Source: Ylistrum balloti
Lineage: Eukaryota
Direction of reading: 5' to 3'
NCBI RefSeq assembly: GCF_031769215.1
Contig: NW_026782404.1
Location: 186,001 to 250,000 of the forward strand
DNA: 64,000 bases
The position numbers and the translations under genes are program-made. The notes beneath the pieces were generated by a model. That model searched no databases, was not told where the DNA came from, and was given only the letters and a program-made list of their open reading frames with translations. This document shows, piece after piece, positions 1-13,198 of the stretch. Every line of letters begins with the position of its first letter. Position 1 is the first letter of the stretch.

Positions 1-286
1 AAGAGAGTTTACAGGCCTCATTACAATACTTGTTCTTTAGTGTGGTCAGTATATATCAGCATGGCATAAGAAACATTCCTACAGTTGGAAACTCTGCACC
101 ACCTTAGTACTTCTATTCCAACTATTCTATTGTAGTTATTATATACCTTTATCTGACTATACACTACATATGAAGATCTGACAATGTAAACATGACCTTT
201 CAACTAACCAATTAAACTGCAACTTGCAAACATATGTCAGCTGTATGTTTCCTTTTATTTCAATCAAATTATTTAAAAACAAGATA

Positions 287-2090
287 TTACAGAATTGTAA
301 CATGATTGAGAACATGACATTACAGAATTGTAATAATACCCATTAAACATTACAGAATTGTAATGAACCATAGTAAGAGTTGAGAACAAAGTATTACAGA
401 ATTGTAATGATACCATTAGTAAGAGTTGAGAACAAAGTATTACAGAATTGTAATGATACCATTAGTAAGAGTTGAGAACAAAGTATTACAGAATTGTAAT
501 GATACCATTAGTAAGAGTTGAGAACAAAACATTACAGAATTGTAATGATACCATTAGTAAGTATTACAGAATTGTAATGATACCATTAGTAAGAGTTGAG
601 AACAAAACATTACAGAATTGTAATGATACCATTAGTAAGAGTTGAGAACATGACATTACAGAATTGTAATGATACCATTAGTAAGAGTTGAGAACAAAGT
701 ATTACAGAATTGTAATGATACCATTAGTAAGAGTTGAGAACAAAGTATTACAGAATTGTAATGATACCATTAGTAAGAGTTGAGAACAAAACATTACAGA
801 ATTGTAATGATACCATTAGTAAGAGAATTGAGAACAAAGTATTACAGAATTGTAATGATACCATTAGTAAGAGTTGAGAACAAAACATTACAGAATTGTA
901 ATGATACCATTAGTAAGAGTTGAGAACAAAGTATTACAGAATTGTAATGATACCATTAGTAAGAGTTGAGAACAAAACATTACAGAATTGTAATGATACC
1001 ATTAGTAAGAGTTGAGAACAAAACATTACAGAATTGTAATGATACCATTAGTAAGAGTTGAGAACAAAGTATTACAGAATTGTAATGATACCATTAGTAA
1101 GAGTTGAGAACAAAACATTACAGAATTGTAATGATACCATTAGTAAGAGTTGAGAACAAAACATTACAGAATTGTAATGATACCATTAGTAAGAGTTGAG
1201 AACAAAACATTACAGAATTGTAATGATACCATTAGTAAGAGTTGAGAACAAAGTATTACAGAATTGTAATGATACCATTAGTAAGAGTTGAGAACAAAAC
1301 ATTACAGAATTGTAATGATACCATTAGTAAGAGTTGAGAACAAAACATTACAGAATTGTAATGATACCATTAGTAAGAGTTGAGAACAAAACTATTACAG
1401 AATTGTAATGATACCATTAGTAAGAGTTGAGAACAAAACATTACAGAATTGTAATGATACCATTAGTAAGAGTTGAGAACAAAACATTACAGAATTGTAA
1501 TGATACCATTAGTAAGAGTTGAGAACAAAACATTACAGAATTGTAATGATACCATTAGTAAGAGTTGAGAACAAAACATTACAGAATTGTAATGATACCA
1601 TTAGTAAGAGTTGAGAATAAAACATTACAAAACTGTAATGATAGTATTAATAAGAATTAAGAACAAGACATTTCAGAAATTTAATGATACTATTGGTAGG
1701 ACTTGTGAACAAGACATTTCAGAAATTTAATGATACTATTGGTAGGACTTGTGAACAAGACATTACAGAAATTTAATGATACTATCAGTAGAACTTGTGA
1801 ACAAGACATTACAGAAATTTAATGATACTATTGGTAAGACTTGTGAACAAGACATTTCAGAAATTTAATGATACTATCAGTAGGACTTGTGAACAAGACA
1901 TTACAGAAATTTAATGATACTATCAGTAGAACTTGTGAACAAGACATTACAGAAATTTAATGATACTATTGGTAGGACTTGTGAACAAGACATTACAGAA
2001 ATTTAATGATACTATTGGTAGGACTTGTGAACAAGACAATACAGAATTACAATGATACTGTTAGTAAGACTTGAGAACAAGAATAACAGA
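287..2090 (+). repeat. 46-bp tandem array (~39 copies) in a WDR81 intron, with two sub-arrays
   Basis: Unit attacagaattgtaatgataccattagtaagagttgagaacaaaac (period 46, e.g. 1441 and 1487). A diverged variant (ttacagaaatttaatgatactattggtaggacttgtgaacaagaca) takes over from ~1660 to ~2040. Confidence 0.95.
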
Positions 2091-2124
2091 ATTAGTTAAA
2101 GTAGAAATATTTGATTTATCTCAC

Positions 2125-5100
2125 CTGAGATTGCATCATGTTTTTTGGTAGCCTGGGTGGCTGTTGCCCCGTTATTTGGGAAACAGGGATCCTATGGGGA
2201 TGGGGCATTTTGAACAGCTGAACCACACCCCTGTTGGTCACATGTTTATGCTCATCCACCAACTGTAGGTTTACATTCTTTGATTTCACTGCTGCTGATC
2301 CTGTCAGCTAACAAAATAAACAAAAAGATCCAACATGTGATCATCAGTTCTGTTTAGATGTGATGAAATTAAACTACATGATTGTTTCCAGATTAACAGT
2401 GAAACAGTATACATATATCAAGGACAATATACCAGATTAATTGACACAGGGATTGTCATTAATCACATTTCTGATTTTAAGTATACCCAAAAGAAAATTG
2501 TCCATTGATCTCAATTTCTCTGACAAATTGATTGTTCACAGACAACATGGCCTGACCAATGACCTACCTTGTAACCGAAGGTGAGGTCTACCCAGTGATG
2601 TAGATTACTTGACACCTGTTCACTTTCTAGAACCTCCATGTGTTTACTGATAAACTCTTCTGCAGTTGCACTCCAGGGAGGTAACTCCAGATCAGGCAAG
2701 TCCTCATGCATAGAAGTGAAGATGGTTGGATCAGTGAAGAATTCTGGTATACATTCATCAGGAGTCCACTCCTGCATCCTTTGCATACTACTAGGATACT
2801 CATTTGGAACCCATCGGGATCTTACATGGGTGCACAGAATCGATTTTGATGTGCGTCGTGCTTTATATACATAGTATGTTATGTCTGATAAAACATCAGA
2901 AACATGATGAGGAATGTGAGAATCATCTGAGAGTCCTGAGAATGTTTCATATGTCAAATCAAGTTGATTATCCCCCTTGTTTAACCTATATTTAGATTTT
3001 TTCAAATCACGAAATCCAAAATCTGGGCCAGAAAAATCCATGACCCATGGCAAAACAGGATGGTGATTGGGATCACCTGTTCTTCTCCCTGCTAATGAGT
3101 TTAGCACCATTAAGTATCTGAAGTTACTTATCTTCCGATTCATCCACTGTTCTACAAAATCAGGAAGATGTTTGATTTCAAATTTAAAGTTCTGACTAGA
3201 CTGTAAATATCTTCTTGCATCTTCTACCATAGTGTCACTCTCACTAAAAAGTCTCTGAAGTGTTGGAGCCGTGATCACCTCATCTCCAACATGTCCGACT
3301 TCAGTGGTCCCTTGACTTTCAAGGGCATTAATGGTGTCTGAGTCCTGAGAACCACTAGACCCAACACTCAGTTTTATAGGCCTCACTGGTACATTAGAAA
3401 CATACACCCAGAGTTTGTGATCAATCAAAATATTCCTCATGTTTAGATCCCCAGCAGACAATCCATGTTTGTGGAATGTTCTCATGGACTGGAGGATCTG
3501 GTACAATACAAACAATGGTTTGCTTAAAGATGATTCAAATATTGAAGGACTAAAGGTGACTACGTCATGGAGAGATTGTGCAAAGTATGGCTGTATAAGA
3601 TGAAAATACACATCTGTTTCAACTACAGTTAAAATTGAAACAATATTCTGAAGGAAGGTTGAGGAAGCACTTGGCTGATCAGTCATGGGTTCAAACTGGT
3701 AATTTTTGCTCTTGTTTAGACAATTAAAGGCCTGTGGATGTAATCGATGGAGGTATTGCCTCACTGCTCCTGTGAACTACAAAAAGACACAAAGAAAAAA
3801 ATCCATGGTTAGCATTCATGATATCGTTATAGGACTTATGTCATACTTTTGTATATGTAATCATGCTATATGACCTGTTGTTACTTCACGGTGAGGACAA
3901 TAGATACATGGAAAATCTTGTCACAAACTTTTCCTTTTAATTTTGTAGATGCTTGCTAAAATGAGAATTTCTTAGAATTGCTTTTAAAATGGAAACTCAT
4001 GTAAAATCTTTCATAAATTTTAGCTTCAACATGTAGGTAAACAGATTGTATCCTTTTATCACATTTATAAATAATGTATGTACCGTGCAAATACAGAGCT
4101 TTAGCAGTTAGAAGTGTATTGAAATGGATTTGGGAGAATTCTGAAGATAACATGGTTGGAATTTTTCTTGACTGATTCTAATCTTACCTGCGTTTGTCTT
4201 TGTGTCACCCTGCTTTCCTCAGTTCCATGATAACGATAATATGCAGATCTCCACAAATTCTGAAAGTTTTCTTTGCTAGTCTCTGACAAATGTCCCAGCA
4301 GTGATGCATCAAGATCAGTGTTATACAAAGATTCATCCTGGGGCCTGAAGTTAAAGAAATGTATCATTGTTTTTTTTTTCCAACAAACACTTTTATACCT
4401 GGATATTAATCAAAACTATAAAACTGAGAAAAAAACAAATTAAAGAATTAATTAATCAGTTCTTATTATCACATTTGTTAAGCAGATGTATTGTTCTTAT
4501 TGAGGTTGTATTACATAGATATTTCATACAGTTTGCAAACAATGACAACAACTGTGTTTTTACAATCATTTCACAAACTTACCAATCAATCAGTTGATCT
4601 GATTTAAGTATGCTTTTGACAGATATCCTTAGCCATGGATGTTGTAACATTGCCGTTGAAGGCGCAAGGAGACGCTCAGACTCTGCTACTGTCAACAGAT
4701 TACCCCATTTATGTCCCTCTACATTTCCCTGAACAGCAAGCTGCAACCAGTTTTCAGACACCTGCCAATAAACAGAAAACAAAAGACTATTAGCCAATGA
4801 ATATATTTATCATATAACATTTCTGAATTCAATGTTTTTTCAGTCATTTTTCAGTCAAAACTGAACACTATTTGAAGAATTTTAAGGAATGTTATATAAT
4901 TACTAAACAGATATAGCTGATTCATTAAATGTATGCTGAGACTAATCATGTGGGGAAAAAAGATAAATCCTATCAAAGTTAGCGAATAAGCTCACATATT
5001 TGACATGTCAAATATAACAGTTGTATTTCTTCTGAGGTTGAGTATATAATTAACATTAATTTATGAGTGATGTGTGAGCATTTCATTTGGAGTAATGTGG

Positions 5101-6493
5101 TTTTCCACAAGTTTTATAGAAATTATATCATAATGATCATGCGCTGAAATCACATTAAACAATTCAGATCGAAGTTCCTCCGAGTATATGAAAAGATGTC
5201 AACACTTGATTTAATTTTTCAAACTCTTGATCTCTTCTCCAATGTGAGCCTAGGACTATAATATCACTTACTATCATATCTTTCCATTCCAGAAGTTGAC
5301 CTTTGGCCTACAATATAGCTTACTATTCCGTGAGTTTAAGGATTGTGCTAGAGGTAAATTTCAAGTAACAAGAGGCAAGCCACACAGCATGATGCTGGAC
5401 CATCTGATGTTGTTTAAGGACAATTAAGGCTATTTCTTTACACCAGTGTTTACAACCAAGGTTTCGGTTTTCTCTTGTTCAACATACATGAGCAGGAAAA
5501 TATAATAGGAAGCATGGGCCACTGTCCCTAACTCTTTGTAATGCTATAGTAAAATAAATTTCACCAATTAACTCCCTTGGTTTATAGATTTCAGTAATTT
5601 ACTTCCTTGATTTATGAGGACAATGACTTTGTAGTGATGACTTTTGCATAAAATCAACCATCCTCTGATCTACAGCTACCTTTTGTGTTTTATTATTGTT
5701 TTTAGGCCATTTATGTTAATCCATATTGTTAAGTAATGTGTCAATTGTGGGTTTATTTCATAACAACATATTTTCTGACAATTAAGCATAGGAAATCAGT
5801 GTATAATTAAAACCATTCCATACTGTATATCCTTTTCTTTGTTTTTCCCTTAGTAACAGTGATTTTTCTCTTCTTTTTACTTATAGAATGTGCAATCTGC
5901 TTTGAATTCTACTTTGAAAGACCATATCATTCTCACAGTACAAAGTTGAAACCAAAGTAAAATTACAAAATCATTTTTTTAAACACTTTGTAGAAAACAA
6001 AATAGTTTTGTGTCATCTGTTCATGTTATGTCCTGGTTATGATCACATTTCTTCTGACAAAGACACCTGATATTATGCGGTTTCCACTAGTACTGTAGGT
6101 TGTAGCGCTTCAGAAGAGGTAATTGCAACTACCAGACTTGAGCTCACATATTGATATTTATATATGAATAATGGATGAAAAACAAAAACAAAAAAAAAAT
6201 ACAAGTGTATATGTATGTATTACTTATTTTTCTCAAACAAAAACCTTAATTAATGTTCATTATAATTTACAATGCTTACAAATCATTCCATAAATATTTC
6301 CTGATAACATGTTAAGTTTTCACAGGAAAAAGTTTGTTCAGACGGCCGGTTTTCATACACACCATCAGAGGAAGCAGCATCAATATTGCACAGCATCGTC
6401 ACTTACCAAACAGACGACTCTAGTTTTGGAAATACGTTGAGTATATTCCCTTGGGATGTTCAACGCTCTGGGAATTTCATCTCGGGGCTCCAT
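2125..6493 (-). CDS. WDR81: WD repeat- and BEACH domain-containing protein 81, 5' coding exons; the gene continues past the left edge
   Basis: Phase-compatible GT-AG exons: 6493-6407 (MEPRDEIPRALN...VVCL), 4761-4583, 4344-4188, 3776-2568 and 2307-2125. Exon 4 has the BEACH motifs ISNFRYLMVLNSLAGRRTGDPNHHPVLPWV, WTPDECIPEFFTDP and LHHWVDLTFGYK, preceded by a pseudokinase-like HGLSAGDLNMRNILID typical of WDR81. The next exon reads LTGSAAVKSKNVNLQLVD...GVVQLFKMPHP. Confidence 0.93.
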
Positions 6494-8132
6494 CTTTTGA
6501 CCTGTCCCCGAGCTGACAGAAGTCAGCGATCAAGGCATCGCATTATTTGCAACATCAGTTAATGAAATGATAGTTGACATGTAAAATCACAGGTGGGTGG
6601 AAGGGTCTAATGAAAACAATGCAGCTTCCGGGTACTGGAGATTTCATTAAAGAGCGATAACTCTAACGGCGTTTCATGCATAAATTGGATAGATCATCAA
6701 GAGAAATAAACGAATTGAAAAATGTTCACAAATAACCGCAAAGCTATATTACTTTCCCCATACTCCTACACTTTGAAATGCAAAAATTAATAAAATAAGG
6801 GAACCAGAGGCTATTTTTCTTAATCTTAAGCGATTTTATATCTTCTTTAATTCTTATTTCAAATTTGACGTCAATAATGTGAACAAATCAAAATAAGTAA
6901 AAAAAAAAAATAATAACAAAATACACACAACCATATATTTATCGCCAACAAGCCAAATGATAAATAGCTCTATGATGAAGTTGACTAAATAAAACCTTCG
7001 AAATACCCAAGATGTTGCAATTACTATCCTATCAATATGAGGATTTAGACAAATCGAAAGGACTTTATACCTACTTCTTTATTTTGAATGTATTGAAAAG
7101 TAATAGTCCTTACTTATTATAATTATATTTGTAGTTGAGGAAAGTAGATAAGGTGTACACAGCATTTCAGATAGATTAAAGTGTAAGTAATTACATTAAA
7201 TGTATTTACATGCCTATCTTCCTTGAAGTATCATGGTTAGACTTTTCTTATGTCTATAAAGACATAGTTCTTTGAGATTAAACCAGACTTCCATATATAT
7301 ACAAAATTTACAATATTTTCACTGTAGCTACTACTATTTCTGATCTCCAATGCATTAGATAATGTCACCATGACACGCTAAATGAATAAATATGTTATGG
7401 AAATATTTCGTTCTAGTTAATTGATAATTATAAACATGAATTTTTTGGATTTTTTTTATACGCGCTTTGTTTGAAGGAATATTTTCATTTCAAGGAACTT
7501 TGATACACATTAACAAACCTTGAGAAATCACCACAACCAACCTTCATCAAACAAAACTGACTAAAAGACAAAAAATATAAGTTATAACAGAGTTAACATC
7601 ATGATCAGTACAGTATTAAAAATATATTATACATAAATCATGAGCACCAAATGTACAACGCGCAAACTTTTTATCTTTAAAAACTTGAAAACATATCATG
7701 GCGGTGGGTGTGAAAAACCTGAAAAAGTGTCATATCGGCAGGTGTGCGCGTGGGACGAACAGTCCTATTCGGTGACGTCTACTGAGGTAAAGTGATGTTA
7801 TATATTAAGACGACCTTGTCAAAACGACAAGGATTAAAACAAAATTGATGTTCTGTTTGTAAGTTTTGTTTGTTTATAAGTGCTGTTAGTTGATAATTCA
7901 AACCAAGCCCCCAGACTAGCTTCTTATCAACTCGCACTTACGGTGTTCTGTACGCTTACGTCATGTCGAGAATTCCGTACAATATATTGTTCAAAATTTA
8001 TCAATAGTTCAACCACACTGTGCTTCTTTTTTTTAATGTGTAGTAATCGTATTGTTATTAAAAAAAATTAACTAATTTTGGATGCTTTAGAATAGCAATT
8101 TGAAAGATCGCGGCAATATTTACGCAGAAAAT

Positions 8133-8180
8133 TGCCGCTAGAGGGCTCTAACTCTTTTCGATATTTCAGCCAATGAGAAG
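8133..8180 (+). promoter_or_regulatory. CTCF-like motif followed by a CCAAT box
   Basis: tgccgctagagggctcta at 8133-8150 resembles the CTCF core CCGCNAGNGGGC. agccaatgag follows ~20 nt later, in a locally CpG-richer patch. Confidence 0.3.
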
Positions 8181-8479
8181 GCCAGGATCGGTAAATTTTG
8201 TCTGAAAGGCCGTCGCAATAGGCAATGCGTACTGAGTACGTTTAGCCTAAAAAGAGAGAGATACCAAAGGAAACCAAGTTGACGCCCACCATTTTTTGGT
8301 CTTCAACTGTTCTTTAAAAGTTGTATTTTTTCCCTTCTTACATTATCCTTGCTCTTAACTATGAGAAATTGGACAAGTTCTCTCAAGAAATCACGATGAT
8401 ATCTTCAAGTTTCAAATACAGTAAAAGATAGTCGCCTTTCAGTGCTTGGTTTTTCTGATTTCTCCCAAAATAAAAATGG

Positions 8480-8942
8480 CAGAATAAGGGACCAATGGCA
8501 ATCATCATATGAGATTTGAGAAAGATTCATGTCGTAATTCTCTGGAAATACTGCAGGATATCAAACTACATGTATTACTGTGAAAATCCAAGACGGCCGC
8601 CTGTCGGCCATATTGTTTTCTGGGTCAGCCAAACTAAAATAGTACAATTCGCAAGGGGTCCCTGCATATGAAATTTGAAAAAAATCAATCCAGTACTCCA
8701 AATATGACGATAACAAACTCTTATTTTCAAAATTCCACGATGATCGCCTCAAGATCGGACATATTTTTTTATCAGTCCGAAAATTGTTTAATGCACAATT
8801 AGGGACCAACGTGAACATACATATAAAATTTGAAAAGAAAATATCCGTCTAGTACTTTTCAAGAAAAAGCAAATGCTGTTAAAGGATGGACGACGAACGC
8901 ATGGCGATTTGAACAGCCAACCATCTGATGGTGAGCTATAAA
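8480..8942 (+). mobile_element. Non-autonomous pearl/HINE (Helentron-derived)-like element
   Basis: Contains caagacggccgcc...ggccatattg and two diverged internal units with aaatttgaaaa...agtact. It has a ggacgacgaacg microsatellite-like stretch and the family-typical end tggtgagctataaa. Confidence 0.5.
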
Positions 8943-9889
8943 CAAAATAACAGTCATCTTCTTCGTCATTTTGGTTACAACAAAACGTACGATTTCTACT
9001 TCACATTATGGGATCTATTTCAAGCTTTAGTTTGTGTGAATGAACCCTCTACATCCATCAATAAGGGATTGTTTATAGACTTTTACAAATAACTGTCTAC
9101 AATTCGATCTTTAGAATTAGTATAAGAGCCAGTGACCATTACACTCCGTAATTTCTTGATAATGTGCCATTGTTTGACATTTCAATTTTTCTATTAAATT
9201 TCAGGGGATATCTTCCTTGTTCAAAATTTACCATACTATTTGGGATATGTTTTCGTCTTTCAAAATTAAAATAATGTTTCTTACAAACTTACCTTTATAG
9301 ATGAAAATATTGCTTTAAGGCCCTTCTCTGTAATTCTCTGATATATATTTTAATGCCAAGGTAATTAATATCATCTCATCAACTATATTGAAATAAATTC
9401 CATAATATATCCAGTGTTCATAAGCTTTCACGTTTCTACCATTTCGAATTTACAGCTAAGTCCCTCTTATATGTATAGTTTTAGGGCGAGTGTAATACGT
9501 TGTGAAGGTCTCCGGTGGTCTCTGACAAACTGACCACGTCATTTGCATACATAAGTGGGAACAGGTTGAGTAGCTGAATTTCAATAGATTGACAGTTTTT
9601 TTCCCAAAATGAATTGCACAATCGTATACATACAAAGAGAACAAAATCGACAACAGAATTTTCTCCTGGCGTAATCGTTCAGTGTTCTGTCGGCCTGAAC
9701 ACTTTACAACAAATCCCCAGATGCTCAAAACTTGGTTAGAGTTAAGAAGTGATTAATGAAACTTTTCACATTCTTTGTCATTTGTTGAAACAGGTTTGAT
9801 CAATTTTTGGGGGTCCTTGTTTTTTATCTGTAGCAATAATTTACTTTTTCAAACAAGGATTAGCCAAAAGCAATTCTTTTATTTGAACT

Positions 9890-10115
9890 ATATTTCACCT
9901 ACCCTTAGTACACAAAATCAGAGCAAATATCTGCTACATTTCACCTACCCCTTGTACACATAATCAGAGCAAGTATCTGTGCTGCATTTCACCTACCCCT
10001 AGTACACATAATCAGAGTAAATCTCTGTGCTACATTTTACCAACCCCTTGTACACAAAATCAGAGCAAGTCTCTGTGCTACATTTCACCAACCCCTAGTA
10101 CACATAATCAGAGTA
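9890..10115 (+). repeat. 46-48-bp tandem array, ~5 copies
   Basis: tttcacctaccc..gtacaca.aatcagag recurs at 9893, 9939, 9987, 10035 and 10083. Confidence 0.85.
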
Positions 10116-11917
10116 AAAAGCCTTCTTGAGATGCACATGTTATCAGATATAGAAAGGGGCGTAAGGTAGGCTTCGTTTATGTACGTTTCATTCTGTAACA
10201 AATATCGAGACTAAAAGAAAACGTATCAAATCAGGTCAAAAGCTTTTTTTTAGTAAGATCATCCGTCAGAGAAATTAGTGCGGGCCTCTTTTTTGGTACG
10301 ATTGAAGAAATTGACATCATTGTATGACAATATTTGGTAAGTATTTCTTTCTGTTAAGTGGGAAGAGATAATTAGTTCTTTACCTTTTGGTGTTCATTTC
10401 CTCTTGTAAACTCACCTAAACCACGCCTTACATACCTTAACAGTGTCTATTTTATAGCATTATGACACCACTTTTCGTCCGTCCCCTACATAGCCTGATG
10501 CAAATACATGATTTATCATCTCATACGATTTTTTTAAAAATTTTCTATAATATCACAATAACGAACACCGAAGGAGGAGTATCTAAACCTTGAACTTACA
10601 ACCATTCAATCTTGTGGTCACATACCCTTATTTCTGATGTTGTCTAGTACCTTACTGGAATATCATTATTATCTGATGTAAAGACGTTATGCATTTCTAT
10701 TTTATTTAACATTTCGCCGTGACTTCAAAAATTAAATAAATATCAGTTCGTTTTAAATGTCCCTAGATTTATAAATGTAGCGGTTCGATGTTGACGATAA
10801 TTCCTCGATATTTCTCTTTCTTTGGTGACATCACACTGAATATGACGCTGTGTCAGTCAAGGATTTCTTTCAATTACATCGACTATAATCATACACAGAA
10901 AATACTTGATTATTTATATTTACATGAACCCAAACGGTTTTATTGAGAGAAAAACATAATTAAGATGGAATCCAGTAACGGGAACAGTGGAAACCTTGAA
11001 CGGTCGGGAAGAGAGCTCCATGACATCATAATAGGCAGGAATAGTTATGCCCCCGTAATACCAATAGCCGTCTTGTTATAACGAGGGGAACAAATGGTAA
11101 TATTCATGTGTGATGGGTGTTGATATACTACTAGTCACAAGGTAATTACAATAGTAATACAAAAATAAAGACACTAGTCAGGAATCGTCCATGGTTTTCT
11201 GAACGCATAACAAAAATAAAAATCTAGCCTCGGAAGAGATTCTCGACCGCGTAAGAGTAATGAATTAATCTAAAGCCAGGGAAAGACACCATATTGCTCC
11301 ATACGTAAAATAAGTGAGGATTCTCTTGTCCATAGCCAGAAAAAAAGTTTAGAGATATTTTACGCCATTTTGTGGACATTTATTTCATTTCCGGCAACAA
11401 TCAAGTGAGAAATAAGAATCTTCTTACTTTGTAAGTATAATTTCATTTCACTCTGGCTTAGATAAAGTAAACGTGTCTATTAAATCATTAGAATAAGCGG
11501 TTTTCTTGTAGTATCATGGTAGCTGTAAATGGCAGATATTTGTAGACAGACATCATATTGTCGCTAATTTACATACTCATGTTGCTGACATTCGTCATCG
11601 ATATCAATAATCTAAAGCATCATTTGGATCTCGACGCCACATACTGACGTCACAGTGGTCACGCGCTGGATAGCATTTATTTTAACAGAAATTACACATT
11701 TATCTGACCAGTTTATGGTGTCAATGCCTCGCAAATATAAGTATATGCACAGAAAGACAGAACAAATATTTTGAAATATATGTATCAAAGAGAAATCTCA
11801 GCAATCGCTATCATATTTCAATTGTTACAATATTTACGTGACCAAGTGCATCGGTACGTTTGCCTGTTTTCATTATATAAAACAACTAGATATTACCTGG
11901 TGTTTTCATTGCAGGCA

Positions 11918-12751
11918 ATGGATAATTACTTGGAAACCCAATTGGAAGAGCGCAGAATTGTCCTTGTTGGAAAAACAGGTGTCGGGAAAAGTGCGACCGC
12001 AAACACAATTCTAGGATGTAAACGATTTAAAGCCAGTCCGTTAACAGTGTCGGAAACTAAGCAGTGTCAACACGCGATTGAAGAAAGATTTGGCAGAAAC
12101 ATTATGGTAGTTGATACACCCGGCTTATTTGATACCAAGGACGAGGTCGATGTCACTTGCCGTGAGGTTGTGCGATGTCTAGGTATTGCCTCTCCCGGTC
12201 CACACGCAATTATTATCCTGGTGGTGTCAATAGGCAGATTTACACAAGAAGACCGCGAAACTGTCGAAATGCTTGCCGGTATATTTGGAGAACATCAGAT
12301 GTGTGAACATTTGATAGTGGTTTTCACTAAGAAAGATCAACTCATGTCTCACAACTTGACGATTGCCCAATACGTATCTTCAAAACAACCGTATCTGGAT
12401 AGCGTTATCGCCAGATGTGATCGTCGCTTCCTTGGATTCAACAATGAAGGCACGCTGATTAGCAGAGACCAAGATGTGCGCAAGCTCTTCAAGATGATCG
12501 ACCAAATTGCTAATGAAAGGGGTAACATCTCCAATGATATATTCCGCGAGATTGAAGAACACTGCACACCTACACCTGGAGATAATATGGAAGAATTGAT
12601 TACTTATATCGACAAGTTACAAGTTGATGGCCATCCAGCGAATACCCAAATACTTTCTTCCGATGAAGAAGACACAAATGACCTAACGCTGGACAAGACA
12701 ACGCAAAGCATGCACACAAACCAGACCGAAAACAAGAGAAAAGAGTTTTAG
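11918..12751 (+). CDS. GIMAP/AIG1-family GTPase (277 aa, single coding exon)
   Basis: Acceptor ttttcattgcag lies 3 nt before the ATG at 11918. Motifs: G1 GKTGVGKS, G3 DTPG, AIG1 box PGPHAIIILVVSIGRFTQED, G4 FTKKD, G5-like FNN. No ortholog symbol can be assigned. Confidence 0.9.
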   Translation: MDNYLETQLEERRIVLVGKTGVGKSATANTILGCKRFKASPLTVSETKQCQHAIEERFGRNIMVVDTPGLFDTKDEVDVTCREVVRCLGIASPGPHAIIILVVSIGRFTQEDRETVEMLAGIFGEHQMCEHLIVVFTKKDQLMSHNLTIAQYVSSKQPYLDSVIARCDRRFLGFNNEGTLISRDQDVRKLFKMIDQIANERGNISNDIFREIEEHCTPTPGDNMEELITYIDKLQVDGHPANTQILSSDEEDTNDLTLDKTTQSMHTNQTENKRKEF

Positions 12752-13198
12752 ACTTCTACAAAGATGGCAACAGATAGAAAAAGTAACATACGAGGAAGCT
12801 AACGAAGAAAGAACATTGCCGAAAAGGAGTTCAGGAAAATTTGATGCGTGTATCATTCACGATAAGGAACACGAACACACAGGCAGTAGAGTTATACCTG
12901 TTGAAACGCCACCGGAGAACAAACACAAGTATGCAGTACAAACAACTCAAGATAACGGCATTCGAAGCGAAAGATACCAGCAGACGGATAACCAGGACGA
13001 ACCAAATGAAGAAGAGCCCAGACGTACAATCCAACAACTAGTGGAAATAAATACATCAAAGAAATAGCTGAACGCGAACAGCTCCGTCAAGAATTTGAAG
13101 CTCTAAATGGGGCAGAGAAAGTGTGGAAGATGATACGAAATATTGCTGGCAAAGTATGGAAAAAGTCGTTATTTGAACGTATCGATCAGAATATGTGA
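12687..13198 (+). pseudogene. Out-of-frame continuation of the GIMAP C-terminal tail
   Basis: A second frame is open from 12687 to 13067 (charged, E/K/Q-rich). A third frame is open from ~13010 to 13198 and reads KEIAEREQLRQEFEALNGAEKVWKMIRNIAGKVWKKSLFERIDQNM*, a coiled-coil plus amphipathic end. Confidence 0.5.

Noticed and set aside
21-203. 60-aa ORF as the next WDR81 exon
   Set aside because: The best acceptor gives a stop in the required phase 0, and the translation does not resemble WDR81.
287-2090. Tandem arrays (46, 29, 62, 57 and 26 bp) as CRISPR arrays
   Set aside because: Units are head-to-tail with no unique spacers, there are no cas genes, and the context is eukaryotic and intronic.
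10778-10795. ggttcgat B-box-like motif as a tRNA or SINE
   Set aside because: No A-box spacing or cloverleaf could be built.
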